64,000 nt of DNA from a virus (lineage: Duplodnaviria > Caudoviricetes). A model generated the notes under the pieces. That model was not told the DNA's origin, ran no database searches, and saw only the letters and a list, made by a program, of their open reading frames with translations. Where the stretch lies: positions 10,500-74,499 of IMG/VR virus record IMGVR_UViG_3300025653_000030. The stretch is one strand, 5' to 3'. Below are positions 46,901-56,380 of the stretch, piece after piece (the stretch's first letter is position 1; each line of letters starts with the position of its first letter). A program made the translations under genes and the position numbers.

Positions 46901-49629
46901 CTGTTGCAATTACAAACGAAGCTAAAAGAACATTAAATAAAATAAATGATACTAAAAAAGGATTTGATGCATTTGAAAAGTATCTTTACAAAACAAGTGG
47001 TTCGTTAACTCTACCAGGTGCAGGTGGTTCGGCATTATCTGCTTCATCTGATTCATCATTTGCAAATTGGTATGGTGGAATAATAACATCTGCAAGGGAT
47101 TATGATTATTACAATACTGATAGGTTTGTAAACAACTTACCTCAACATATAAAAGATGACCAAGAGGGTGCATCTTTTACATTATTCTTTGATATGATTG
47201 GTCAACACTTTGATGTTTTATATACACACATTAAAGCAATTAACCAAACAAGAAAAACAGAACATAAATTTGAAAAAGGAATTAATGGTGATTTAATTTA
47301 CCATATGTTAGAATCTCTTGGATTCGATGCAGATTTAGGAGTACAATCACAAGCCCTTTGGGAATATGCATTTGGTAAACACTCCGATGGTACTGTTATA
47401 ACAGAAATGAGTGGTAAAGATAGACAACATGAAATTTGGAGAAGAGTTTTAAATAACTTACCATATCTTTACAAACACAAAGGTACTAAGAGAGCAATAT
47501 CAGCTGCTTTAAGTTGTTATGGTGTACCTAATTCACTACTAACCGTAATGGAATTTGGTGGGCCTCAAAATAGAAACTCTGAGGCTACTACCACATTTAC
47601 TTTTGAAGATAGAACGGCATCTTTAAATATTAGTGGTTCTGAATCTATAATAGTTCCATGGAAATCTCATAACTCATATTATCCTGAGGCGGTTGAGGTT
47701 AGAATAAATACAGAACAAAGACAAGACCAAAGAGTTATTAGTGGTTCTGGTTGGAGTGTTGATATCGACTATCTTGGAAGTGGTTCACTTGGTGTATTTA
47801 GATTAAATGTTGATAATGGCACAGAATTCGTATCTTCATCTACTTCACAAATGGCTTTCTTTAATGATGAATATACACAAATAGCAGTAAACAGAGTAAC
47901 AAGTAGTACTGATGATACATTTACTCTTCATGTAAAGGAAGGATTCCAAGGAAGAATAAGAAACGAAGTATCAACTTCTTTAGATGTTGCAAACTCAACA
48001 AATAAATGGGAAGATGGAACTTTACTTCAGATTGGTGGAACAACCTTAACTGGTTCGATTGATGAATTTAGATTATGGTCTGCTCCTTTAAGTGAATCTG
48101 TAATTAGAAATCACACATTAATGCCTGATGGGATAAATGGTAATCATATTTCATCATCAACTGATGATTTATTATTTAGATTAGATTTCGAATATCCTAA
48201 AAACAGGTCAGCAGCAAATGACCCATATATTAAGAATGTTTCAATCAATAGAACATATGAAACATTTGCAACCGCATCTAATTTCCAAGATGTATCTTCG
48301 TATCCTTACCAATATAAAACATATGATAGAGATGTAACTGCAGAAGTTCCATCAAGTGGTTTTGGATTAGGAAATAAAGTAAGATTTGAATCACAAACAT
48401 TAAAATCAAATCTAACTTACAGACAAAGAGCAACCACAAAATCATTTGACCAAGCACCACTTGATTCAGATAAATTAGGATTATTCTTTTCTCCAATAAA
48501 AGAGATTAATATGGATATTATGAAATCTCTTGGTGGATTTAATATAGATGATTATATAGGAGACCCATCTGATGAATACAATGATGGATACAGAAGTCTT
48601 GAAAGTTTAAGAAAATATTACTTCGATAGATATAATTTAAATCTATCAGAATATATTCAACTTGTTAGATATATTGATAAATCATTATTTACAACTTTAG
48701 AATCTCTTGTACCTGCAAGAGCAAAAGTATCGAGTGGATTATTGATTGAACCACACATACTTGAAAGAAGTAAGGTTCAGAGAAAACCAACTACTGCTTT
48801 AAAAAATGATTTTGCAAGTAGTATAAATGTTGATGATAATGTAAATGTATCATCTACAAAGAGTGGATTTGTTGGTATCGTAACTGAATCAAAAGAAGGA
48901 ACTTTAAGTGGTAATAAAGGACATTACGAAACATTTATTTCTTCATCAGACCCATCATTAGCTGGTTCTGATAATAGTTATAGTAGTACTATAATTGCAT
49001 CAGACGATATAAATCAACAAGGATTTATAACAGTAAACTCTGGTTCAGACATGGGTGGAATTAGTATTAATGTTAATGCACAATTTACTGGTTCATTAGT
49101 AGGAGAATATGATTCAACTCAATACGAACAAATTGGAATGAGTCCTGATTCACTTACTGTTGCAACATTTGGTTTATTCGGTGAAAATGGACATGCTATT
49201 ATAACAAGATTAGATAAAGATAATAATTTTGTAAAAGAAAGAAAAAGAGTTGATATAGTTACAGAAAGATACACAGTAGATGTACCACAAAATATTGATT
49301 CTAATGATTCATCAAAAGGTAGAGAATTTGTAACAAAAACATTTAACAGAAAAAAATTAACTATTAGAGATTTTGCACAATCAGGTTCACTTGTAAGTGG
49401 AGATGTTATATCACAAGTACCATTAAATGGACATGGTGTTTATCATTACAGAAATGTTGGTGATTTAACAACTGGTTTAGAAAACTCATATTTTAATGGT
49501 TCAAAACAAACGAGTACAACTACTTTAGATGGTGGTTCGCCGGTTGAAACATTTACTACGAATCCAAATACACTAAGAGTTTCGGATACAGGTAGAGGTA
49601 GTGGAGAACCAATTTTAGAAGTAGACTAA
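43990..49629 (+). CDS. very large virion structural (baseplate/tail) protein, 1879 aa
   Basis: Pro-rich N-terminus; NNLPYLYKHKGT.RAI (baseplate-wedge-like); LamG-like GSIDEFRLWS. Confidence 0.7.
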   Translation: MGIFDRLFFGGFGSSQKNQRAAEKSREMNSPLPLIMPPISTPAPIPTTIPIRNIPAPAPRIQPRPIAPGITPSAYDRDIGDAASRTIIQSNPLDVVRERFDRTDIVAASPFTRGNDPMRDALIEDRETRLRERPLDVPRGDLVDDVIIKTPPPPPPPPIVSGCMDRSATNFNPRATVSKPSMCKYEVKAPKPMSESRTISVTVTSNKPGNIFIDGKDTSSVPSKTFNYSGKELLTPKFFKVKKAGFTSEDEYKLYSVRKKFKKEIKPLIPFDDIVINEPDELVPIRPNGVFGEIGNFGGPLGFNDGFRDGRFGFNPRQTSLGFARPVKPKIITKPRPISIVEYDFYEFRLEKNGKEVPVLNQINKITDTINKIQSVTLDFDLDKIIVIDPPKQTPYEVNIESFLGEDGIVRYETSWGQKGSLLDDDDLVIKHLSDGNKEEDTPEYIKFTAPTISDFTHTVTFTYDTPNKRKKTTNVTKDLTIELSSGVTNVVVNATKVPVEESPTKPSIKASVNRVKLNLASDSNVKIPYTSINADKVIYTLGKTKREIDLSGSLVLSKSDFYNGVGNYTIYLQPSSNRGGSGNIEKITVTVESKAFIPGPDITTINYPQNIKGADFKGLNVPFEVSWQSINTNYVHIYAGKKNGASFLGKFSPSGLASFNVVDIVRKLKAGKIRIDENRDVIQFSLVLIPFNEEGDEKTEGKNEVINITFDKGDLTLRRGNVITDLQSAFVSQFDDSLFQESVSPFLTHYLHLGEGDNKLVATWGVDEDTLSTFEDDLENNTRKRVKTVKSLVLKLYEPLPPTVNPNDSIWLSKVQAIPLIDQITIINDITKDCIPLTPNFALETNDAIGYQVLDDLVASGSSTSSDLIGQFVSSSEFSLENLDIQFTTSSKILVESNNGGNYFSETDTEDYYWKNFVKYSSAEERVENFVYKVKLIESYESKYNGLVSGSSIDFGSGTSSSITGSASSSVAITNEAKRTLNKINDTKKGFDAFEKYLYKTSGSLTLPGAGGSALSASSDSSFANWYGGIITSARDYDYYNTDRFVNNLPQHIKDDQEGASFTLFFDMIGQHFDVLYTHIKAINQTRKTEHKFEKGINGDLIYHMLESLGFDADLGVQSQALWEYAFGKHSDGTVITEMSGKDRQHEIWRRVLNNLPYLYKHKGTKRAISAALSCYGVPNSLLTVMEFGGPQNRNSEATTTFTFEDRTASLNISGSESIIVPWKSHNSYYPEAVEVRINTEQRQDQRVISGSGWSVDIDYLGSGSLGVFRLNVDNGTEFVSSSTSQMAFFNDEYTQIAVNRVTSSTDDTFTLHVKEGFQGRIRNEVSTSLDVANSTNKWEDGTLLQIGGTTLTGSIDEFRLWSAPLSESVIRNHTLMPDGINGNHISSSTDDLLFRLDFEYPKNRSAANDPYIKNVSINRTYETFATASNFQDVSSYPYQYKTYDRDVTAEVPSSGFGLGNKVRFESQTLKSNLTYRQRATTKSFDQAPLDSDKLGLFFSPIKEINMDIMKSLGGFNIDDYIGDPSDEYNDGYRSLESLRKYYFDRYNLNLSEYIQLVRYIDKSLFTTLESLVPARAKVSSGLLIEPHILERSKVQRKPTTALKNDFASSINVDDNVNVSSTKSGFVGIVTESKEGTLSGNKGHYETFISSSDPSLAGSDNSYSSTIIASDDINQQGFITVNSGSDMGGISINVNAQFTGSLVGEYDSTQYEQIGMSPDSLTVATFGLFGENGHAIITRLDKDNNFVKERKRVDIVTERYTVDVPQNIDSNDSSKGREFVTKTFNRKKLTIRDFAQSGSLVSGDVISQVPLNGHGVYHYRNVGDLTTGLENSYFNGSKQTSTTTLDGGSPVETFTTNPNTLRVSDTGRGSGEPILEVD

Positions 49630-49670
49630 TATTTATAAGAGAACAAAAATTACTAAAAATATAAATTGTT

Positions 49671-49679
49671 ATATTTATA
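49671..49679 (+). promoter_or_regulatory. late-type promoter motif ATATTTATA (second copy at 49629-49637)
   Basis: Exact intergenic copies upstream of 49708. Confidence 0.6.
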
Positions 49680-49707
49680 TATTGAATAACAAAGGGAAAA
49701 TTTAATT

Positions 49708-50337
49708 ATGGCTTATTTAAATAACACAGAAATTACAGTCGATGCTATTCTTACTAAAAAAGGTAGAGAAAAATTAGCATCAGGCGAAGGTCTTAACATT
49801 ACCAAGTTTGCATTGGGTGATGATGAGATTGATTACACACTATATGAACCAGCACACCCAAAGGGAAGTGCTTATTATGATGCGGCAATCAAAGCGATTC
49901 CAATTACTGAAGCATCACCAGATGAAACACAAGTACTAAGACACAAATTAGTAACATTACCAAAAGGAACAACTAAGATACCAAAGGTAGAATTTGGTAT
50001 TCCATCAATATCTGTAAATCAGAACTCTGGCCAAGTTCAACTTTCCCCAACTACTTCACCAAGTGGTAATACACAAAGTGGATATACTGTTATTCTTTCT
50101 AACAAGAACGCAGGTTCTATCGTTGGAAGTGGATTGGCATCAGGAGCTAGTTCTACTCCTTCATTCTTAGGAGATGAAATTACGGCAACTGCGGCTATTG
50201 AGACTGGATTAAACTTTACATTTATTCCTAATCCAAATATTACAACAACAATTTCAACAACTATAACCGTATATGGTAATGAAACTGGAGGTTCACAATC
50301 AATACCAGTAACCGTAACTTATGTACAACCAAGTTAA
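49708..50337 (+). CDS. putative tail/baseplate structural protein
   Basis: DAILTKKGRE.LA…ITKFALGDDEIDY resembles the N-terminus of tail-collar/fibre proteins. Confidence 0.65.
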   Translation: MAYLNNTEITVDAILTKKGREKLASGEGLNITKFALGDDEIDYTLYEPAHPKGSAYYDAAIKAIPITEASPDETQVLRHKLVTLPKGTTKIPKVEFGIPSISVNQNSGQVQLSPTTSPSGNTQSGYTVILSNKNAGSIVGSGLASGASSTPSFLGDEITATAAIETGLNFTFIPNPNITTTISTTITVYGNETGGSQSIPVTVTYVQPS

Positions 50338-50356
50338 TAAAGAGGAAAATTAAAAA

Positions 50357-51583
50357 ATGGCACAAATAACAGGACAAGCGGGAGTAAATTTATCACAAGA
50401 GTTGGCAAACTATTTAGATGCCAATCAAGGTAATCTTACCTCGGAACAAATAACAGAGATTATCAATCAGTATTTATCTGGTGGTGATAAGTTGGGTGCA
50501 ACTGGAGGTTCAATCTCCAATGGTATCTATAAAAGATTCGGTGAATTCGACCAAGTTAATGGTAAGATTGAAGTAGTTACAACTGGTCTTTGGAGTGGTG
50601 ATACAGGAAGTTTATCATCTTTCTTTACTTCATCAACTCAAGCGGCGGCAAGTTTAAACTATTATGTAAATGTTTACAATGCTGACCCAGCAAGTGATAC
50701 ATCAGCAGCTGTTCAATATGCAATTGCATATGGACACAAAAATGCAAGTGGTTCTATATCACTAACAAATTCTGATGATTCAAATCTTGCAACTAAAGCA
50801 ACTTATGCTCAATATCGTTCAATATTATTAGACAATGATGATAATACATTTACATTTGCATCATCATCAACTGCTGGAACTCATGATTCTGATGAAATCT
50901 ATGTTATCAATGTAGCTCGTGCCCGTTACAAAGAAAAGATGGATGCAGGAAACTGGTCATTAGTAATTAGTGGTTCAAGTGGAACATCAACTTTAATTGA
51001 CGATAGTGGAAAGAAATTCTCAGATTCAGTTGGTAAGGCTGGTAGAGTATTTAATGTAGGTAGTGGTTCATTAAACTTAGGAACAGAAAACGAAGCAACT
51101 ATAAGTTCATTATATGATAGTAATGGTTCTGGTATTGGATTATTCTATCCTGACCAAGGATTAATTGTACTTAACCCAACTGCTGTTCATAATTTAATTG
51201 GAACATCAATTGATAGTGGTTCAACTCAAGGAAAATCAATATATGCAGGTGATGATTATGAAGGACAAAACCAATTCTTATTACACAATGCAATTGCAGG
51301 TGGAGGAGATTTCCAAGCAAGAAGAACAGAAAATGTTTCTACATCACATTATTTCGTAAGAGCAACAAATAGAGAATTTAACTTCTCTAACAACCCAACA
51401 TTCGTAACAGGTTCAGATGGTTCATTTGTAGAATCAACATTCGAAAAAGACCCAAGAACATTTATTACAACAGTTGGATTATTAAACGATGCGAATGAAA
51501 CAATCGCTGTGGCTAAAACATCACAACCAATCCCTAAATCATTTGATAAAGAAGTGTTAATCAAAGTAAAACTTGATTTTTAA
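50357..51583 (+). CDS. putative tail structural protein
   Basis: C-terminal EFNFSNNPT…ITTVGL.ND..E.IAVAK.SQPI; paralogous to 51673. Confidence 0.65.
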   Translation: MAQITGQAGVNLSQELANYLDANQGNLTSEQITEIINQYLSGGDKLGATGGSISNGIYKRFGEFDQVNGKIEVVTTGLWSGDTGSLSSFFTSSTQAAASLNYYVNVYNADPASDTSAAVQYAIAYGHKNASGSISLTNSDDSNLATKATYAQYRSILLDNDDNTFTFASSSTAGTHDSDEIYVINVARARYKEKMDAGNWSLVISGSSGTSTLIDDSGKKFSDSVGKAGRVFNVGSGSLNLGTENEATISSLYDSNGSGIGLFYPDQGLIVLNPTAVHNLIGTSIDSGSTQGKSIYAGDDYEGQNQFLLHNAIAGGGDFQARRTENVSTSHYFVRATNREFNFSNNPTFVTGSDGSFVESTFEKDPRTFITTVGLLNDANETIAVAKTSQPIPKSFDKEVLIKVKLDF

Positions 51584-51611
51584 ACCGTAGGCACACATTT
51601 TCAAACATAAC

Positions 51612-51637
51612 AAACCCCATCGAGTATGGGGTTTTTT
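51612..51637 (+). terminator. intrinsic terminator
   Basis: AAACCCCAT-CGAGT-ATGGGGTTTTTT. Confidence 0.88.
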
Positions 51638-51645
51638 ATTTCAAT

Positions 51646-51654
51646 ATATTTATA
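51646..51654 (+). promoter_or_regulatory. late-type promoter motif ATATTTATA
   Basis: Exact copy right after the terminator. Confidence 0.65.
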
Positions 51655-51672
51655 TAGAGGAGTAATAACTAT

Positions 51673-52833
51673 ATGTTAAAGACAATACCAAAATCAAGCG
51701 TAAATCAAAGAAGCTTCAAAGTTAATAAAACTTGGGAAGTTAGTAATACCGATTATCCTATAATATCGGGTTCTTATGATACTATACTTTCATCATTTGA
51801 TAGTGGTAGTGCAACAACTCAAGAAGGTGTTTATACAGGACCTCTTTTTAAATCGATTAAATCTCAATATTATACTGATATTGGAAATCCATTTGTTCTC
51901 AAAGGTAGAATGGATAATGTTGGTGGTAGAGATGAAAGAACAATAGGAACTAATGGTTTTGTAATTGCATTACCCCAAAGTAAATATGGTGAAGGAATAC
52001 AACCTGAGAGTTTATTATTAAGTGATTTAACAAATGATGATGTTTATAGTGATGATGGGAATAGTAATATAACATCTCAAAATCCAAGATATAGTTTAAA
52101 AGAAATTGATTTAGAAAGTGGAGTAATTGTAGTATCTGATTTAGATGATGGGGAGTTTACAGGTTCTCTTTGGTCAACACCTGGTGAACCGGCCTTTGAT
52201 ATGGAATCTGGTTTAGCAAAAATGACATTCAACAATGATACAGATTCATTTTATATAGTACGAATAGATTTAGAAGCTGGTACTTTAACAACTGAACTAC
52301 AATTAGATTTTGGTGGTTTAGATATTGATGAAATTAGATTTGGTAATATATTCTATTCAGATGGATTAATTGTATTAAATGATACATTAAGTTCATTCAA
52401 TCAATACACAATGAAATTTAATTCAACAAAAACAATAAATGAATTAGAAGTATTGGTTACATCTAAGGCTGGGGAATTTAACTATTCACAGAATCCAACT
52501 GCAGTAGAAGTTGATGTAAGTGGTTCATATGATTTCCCAACGAGTGCAATATTCAACTCAAGACCAGCTGGTACTAAAAAGATAAAAGTTATTAATGATA
52601 TTAAAAGAAGAGAACAATATAGTGGTAGTATAGACCATACTGTAAGTGGTTCATGGGATGATTACCATGCTTCTTCATCAGTAGACCCTACTGGTTCTTA
52701 TTTATCTACTTATATATCTACAATTGGATTGTATGATAAGAGTGGAGAAATGATTGCAGTAGCTAAATTACCACAACCAATTAAAAATTTACCAGATTAT
52801 GATATGAACTTTATTGTTCGTTTAGATACATAA
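51673..52833 (+). CDS. putative tail structural protein
   Basis: EFNYSQNPT…ISTIGLYD..GE.IAVAKLPQPI shared with 50357. Confidence 0.65.
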   Translation: MLKTIPKSSVNQRSFKVNKTWEVSNTDYPIISGSYDTILSSFDSGSATTQEGVYTGPLFKSIKSQYYTDIGNPFVLKGRMDNVGGRDERTIGTNGFVIALPQSKYGEGIQPESLLLSDLTNDDVYSDDGNSNITSQNPRYSLKEIDLESGVIVVSDLDDGEFTGSLWSTPGEPAFDMESGLAKMTFNNDTDSFYIVRIDLEAGTLTTELQLDFGGLDIDEIRFGNIFYSDGLIVLNDTLSSFNQYTMKFNSTKTINELEVLVTSKAGEFNYSQNPTAVEVDVSGSYDFPTSAIFNSRPAGTKKIKVINDIKRREQYSGSIDHTVSGSWDDYHASSSVDPTGSYLSTYISTIGLYDKSGEMIAVAKLPQPIKNLPDYDMNFIVRLDT

Positions 52834-52836
52834 TCT

Positions 52837-52845
52837 ATATTTATA
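52837..52845 (+). promoter_or_regulatory. late-type promoter motif ATATTTATA
   Basis: Exact intergenic copy. Confidence 0.6.
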
Positions 52846-52879
52846 TAAGAAGTTTAATTTAAAAAAGGAAAAAATAATT

Positions 52880-53080
52880 ATGGCAGTATATCAATTATTA
52901 AATTCAGACCAATCAGTTGCAGTAGCGGAAATCGAATTAGCGGATAACGATGCAGTACTCGCTTATTGTGAAGAAGCTGAAATGAATGTTTATCAGTATG
53001 ATGAAAACGAAGATGGTGAATCTATTTTCGAAACATTTGGTGATAACGGAGAATATCAAGTTTTAAAATTAGTAGGATAA
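52880..53080 (+). CDS. small acidic protein
   Basis: 66 aa, Asp/Glu-rich, A-rich leader. Confidence 0.7.
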   Translation: MAVYQLLNSDQSVAVAEIELADNDAVLAYCEEAEMNVYQYDENEDGESIFETFGDNGEYQVLKLVG

Positions 53081-53084
53081 TCAA

Positions 53085-53264
53085 ATGAGTATCGAAGATT
53101 TATATAAAAAATCAGAATTCGCAAAGCTTGCTGATAATTCTAAAGATAAAACACCATTATCTGCAAATGAAGGAAATAAACTTCATAAAGATGATAAGGC
53201 TCTTGCAACGGCCAGAGGTGGTAAATTAAACTTGAAGAAATACTCAGATTCAGTAACAAGATAA
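53085..53264 (+). CDS. small hypothetical protein (MSIEDLYKKSEFAKLAD…)
   Basis: 59-aa ORF filling the gap, just below the track cutoff. Confidence 0.7.
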   Translation: MSIEDLYKKSEFAKLADNSKDKTPLSANEGNKLHKDDKALATARGGKLNLKKYSDSVTR

Positions 53265-53274
53265 AGCTAACCAT

Positions 53275-53853
53275 TTGGGCTTAATTAAAAACAATGCTCA
53301 GAAATGGGCATTTATTCACATACCAAAGACTGGCGGAACTTCACTAACTTCTATAATACAAAATATAGAAGGTAGTGAACTCGTTGCCGTCCATGACTCA
53401 ATAAGAGTATTTGAAGATGTTTCTGACTTCTTCATATTTACTATTGTGAGAAATCCATTTACAAGGATAGCATCTGCTTATTCTCACCGGCTCCGAAAAA
53501 ATGAGTATAAAAAATCATTCGGAGAGTTTATAACAGAATTGAGTGAAAATCATTTAGATTTGATTCCTCAAAGTTATTATATCAATGCGGGTAAAGATGA
53601 AAACAAAGAAGTTTCATTTATAGCAAAATATGAGAACTATACACACGACATACAAAAGATATTAAAAAAGATTAATCATCGTTCTTCTATACCTCATTTA
53701 AACAGAAATCCAATATATGATAAACATCCCCACTTGAATCAAGAAAAGTTTTACAGAAACTTATATAGTCAAGATTGGATGATTGAAAATATATTAGAAA
53801 GGTATAAGGATGACTTCAAGATTTTTAACTATGAGTTGGACTTACCAAGGTAG
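53275..53853 (+). CDS. sulfotransferase (Sulfotransfer_2-like)
   Basis: FIHIPKTGGTS (5'-PSB), VRNPFTRIASAY (3'-PB); TTG start. Confidence 0.88.
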   Translation: MGLIKNNAQKWAFIHIPKTGGTSLTSIIQNIEGSELVAVHDSIRVFEDVSDFFIFTIVRNPFTRIASAYSHRLRKNEYKKSFGEFITELSENHLDLIPQSYYINAGKDENKEVSFIAKYENYTHDIQKILKKINHRSSIPHLNRNPIYDKHPHLNQEKFYRNLYSQDWMIENILERYKDDFKIFNYELDLPR

Positions 53854-54283
53854 ACCTATAACAGAAATATCTGATATGCCTGAAGGTACTATTGGATTTA
53901 TATACAAAATAACAAATCACCAAACAGGTGAATATTATATAGGGAAAAAATCCTTATATTCTAAACGAACTTTACCACCACTAAAAGGTTATAAAAGAAA
54001 AAGAAAGGTTATAAAAGAATCTAAATGGTTAGATTATCGTTCTTCAAATACTTCAGTTCAGTTGTGGTTTCACGAAAGCGAAGCTGCAAAATTAGAAGGA
54101 AATAACGATAAAATAAACGATAGTTTAGAATTAAAAATACTAAGATTCTGCAGTACCCCAAAATCCTTAACTTATTACGAAGTAGAAGAATTATTCCAAC
54201 ATAGAGTGTTATCTGATGAATTATCACTCAATGATAATATTTTGGGAAAATTTTTTAGAAAAGACTTGGATATTACGGAATAA
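53831..54283 (+). CDS. GIY-YIG-family nuclease-like protein
   Basis: GFIYKITN…YYIGKK; start moved to MSWTY. Confidence 0.7.
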   Translation: MSWTYQGRPITEISDMPEGTIGFIYKITNHQTGEYYIGKKSLYSKRTLPPLKGYKRKRKVIKESKWLDYRSSNTSVQLWFHESEAAKLEGNNDKINDSLELKILRFCSTPKSLTYYEVEELFQHRVLSDELSLNDNILGKFFRKDLDITE

Positions 54284-54295
54284 TTTCGTATATTT
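54266..54295 (+). promoter_or_regulatory. early-type promoter TTGG-N17-CGTATATTT(G)
   Basis: Consensus copy upstream of primase. Confidence 0.8.
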
Positions 54296-54315
54296 GTATT
54301 GTTAAAAGTATAATT

Positions 54316-55260
54316 ATGCTCTCACACCACGAGAAACAACAGGTTATAAACATATTAGATGATGTGTTGGGTCCTGGTACATCTATGAAAAATGATGAAC
54401 AGGCACACTATTGTCCCTTTTGTCATCACCATAAAAAAAAGTTACAAATTAACTTAAAAACTCAAAAATGGCATTGTTGGGTTTGTGATGCAAAAGGAAA
54501 AAGAATCAACAGATTACTTAAAAGACTTCATGTAGATTCTCGTAGATTAAAACAAATTTATGAGATTTATGGTGATGATTATGTAGTTTATTCGAAAGAT
54601 ACCGAAGATGAAAAGGTAGAACTTAGGTTACCTAATGAGTTTCAATCACTGTTAAAAGTACCAAAGGGTAAGATAAATCCTGTGTACAGAAAGGCTCTTA
54701 AGTATGCTGAAGATAGAGGTATTACTAAAGAAGATATTACAAAGTATAATATCGGTTATTGCGATTCTGGTCATTATGCCAATCGTATTATTATTCCATC
54801 TTATGATTCTGATAATAGACTCAATTACTTCATCGCGAGGTCTGTATTTGCTGAGGAAAAATTTAAGTATAAAAATCCACCAGTATCGAAAAATGTTATC
54901 ATGTTCGAAAACCAAATAAATTGGGATGAGCCTATAACTTTAGTAGAAGGTGTATTTGATGCAATGGCGGTGAAGAGAAATGCCATTCCTATATTGGGTA
55001 AGTTTGTTCCTAAAAAGTTAAATGATGCTATATTTAAAAATGGAGTAAAGAGTGTTAACATCCTACTCGATGAAGATGCTCAACAAGAAGCGTTACGATA
55101 CACTATGCAATTTACCAATCAAGGTATAAAGACAAAAAATATTATTCCATCTGATAAAGATGCATCTGAAATGGGATTCTCAGAAGTAAATTCAAAACTA
55201 AAAGAAACAGAAGAAACTGGCTTTAGTGATATCATATCACAAAAGCTAAAAGGGTTATGA
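54316..55260 (+). CDS. DNA primase (DnaG-type, zinc finger plus TOPRIM)
   Basis: CPFCHH…WHCWVC, RIIIP, NYFIAR, VEGVFDA, LDEDA, KDASE. Confidence 0.92.
   Translation: MLSHHEKQQVINILDDVLGPGTSMKNDEQAHYCPFCHHHKKKLQINLKTQKWHCWVCDAKGKRINRLLKRLHVDSRRLKQIYEIYGDDYVVYSKDTEDEKVELRLPNEFQSLLKVPKGKINPVYRKALKYAEDRGITKEDITKYNIGYCDSGHYANRIIIPSYDSDNRLNYFIARSVFAEEKFKYKNPPVSKNVIMFENQINWDEPITLVEGVFDAMAVKRNAIPILGKFVPKKLNDAIFKNGVKSVNILLDEDAQQEALRYTMQFTNQGIKTKNIIPSDKDASEMGFSEVNSKLKETEETGFSDIISQKLKGL
54704..54919 (+). CDS. candidate overprinted single-pass membrane microprotein inside primase (+1 frame)
   Basis: 71 aa with a ~28-residue uncharged hydrophobic helix; host-gene codons here almost all end in T/C. Confidence 0.4.
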   Translation: MLKIEVLLKKILQSIISVIAILVIMPIVLLFHLMILIIDSITSSRGLYLLRKNLSIKIHQYRKMLSCSKTK

Positions 55261-56375
55261 TTCATTTGATACCACATCACATTAAAAAGGGTAGTTATGC
55301 TCCTTGGTATTCTTTAATTGAATTTAAAGATGATGTTATTATACATAAGTTTGATAATAAACTTGAAATAGAAAGAGCAAAATTCGATAATGGAAATTTA
55401 CCTTATTACAATGAACTTGTAAATCAAATAACAAAAATAAATCCAAATATTAATGATACTGTTATTTGTGATGTTCAGTATTTTCCAACTGAAGAACCAT
55501 ATGACTTACAGAATACATTAAAAGAAATATCTAACAAATTTAAAATTAAAATTGTAAGTGTAGATGATGATAATAGACAATCATATGAAGATACTGAATT
55601 CTATACAATATTCTCTAATAAGTTTCAAACAGATGTACTTAGTAAAACTTATAATTTAAATTATTATAGATATAGAGCTGCCAAAGAAGATTACTTTAGT
55701 TCTATTCAAAATATAGTACCACATTTTTGGGGTAACTTAAGACAGAAAAAATGTAACTTAATTATAGGAGTAGATAAGATTGAAAGATTAGAAATTTTTA
55801 AGTACACACATAACATAGGATTAGATAAAGAAACTTATCTTGCATATAGTGGATTTACATCTAACTATGATGATAGTGAAATTAGTCCAAAGTTAAGAGA
55901 ATGGAAAGGTAAAAACATACCAACAATATTAGATACTTCATTCAAAAAAAGTCAAGAGGGAACTGTTAATCCCCAAATACCACCGATTCCATTTTGTTTA
56001 AACAGCTATGTAAGCTGTATTATGGAAACACAAATATTAGAAAAACCATTTGTTCATCTAAGTGAAAAATCGTGGAATCCATTTATATCAATGAATATAC
56101 CATTGATACTTGGAAGTGAAGGAATAAATGATTATTTAAAAGAAATAGGATTTTGGATGGCTAATGATTTATTTGATTTATCATTTGTAAAAGGTAAAGC
56201 AAATATACTAAAACAATATAAATCTAATTTAGATATAATTAATAAAATGAGTAAATTAGAATTACATGATTACTATACAAACAACTATCGTAGTATTGAG
56301 CGTAATTATAATTTGATGGGAAAACAAAAGTTTGTTTATGATAGTAAAAATTATAAACAACCAAACTATAAATAA
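55257..56375 (+). CDS. glycosyltransferase-like protein (GT10-like C-terminus)
   Basis: SCIMETQ…LSEKSWNPF…IPLILG…GFW; paralogous to 12844. Confidence 0.5.
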   Translation: MIHLIPHHIKKGSYAPWYSLIEFKDDVIIHKFDNKLEIERAKFDNGNLPYYNELVNQITKINPNINDTVICDVQYFPTEEPYDLQNTLKEISNKFKIKIVSVDDDNRQSYEDTEFYTIFSNKFQTDVLSKTYNLNYYRYRAAKEDYFSSIQNIVPHFWGNLRQKKCNLIIGVDKIERLEIFKYTHNIGLDKETYLAYSGFTSNYDDSEISPKLREWKGKNIPTILDTSFKKSQEGTVNPQIPPIPFCLNSYVSCIMETQILEKPFVHLSEKSWNPFISMNIPLILGSEGINDYLKEIGFWMANDLFDLSFVKGKANILKQYKSNLDIINKMSKLELHDYYTNNYRSIERNYNLMGKQKFVYDSKNYKQPNYK

Positions 56376-56380
56376 AGTTT

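Noticed and set aside
53831-54283. GIY-YIG gene as a mobile homing endonuclease or intron
   Set aside because: Short, free-standing, no C-terminal DNA-binding repeats, no interrupted host gene
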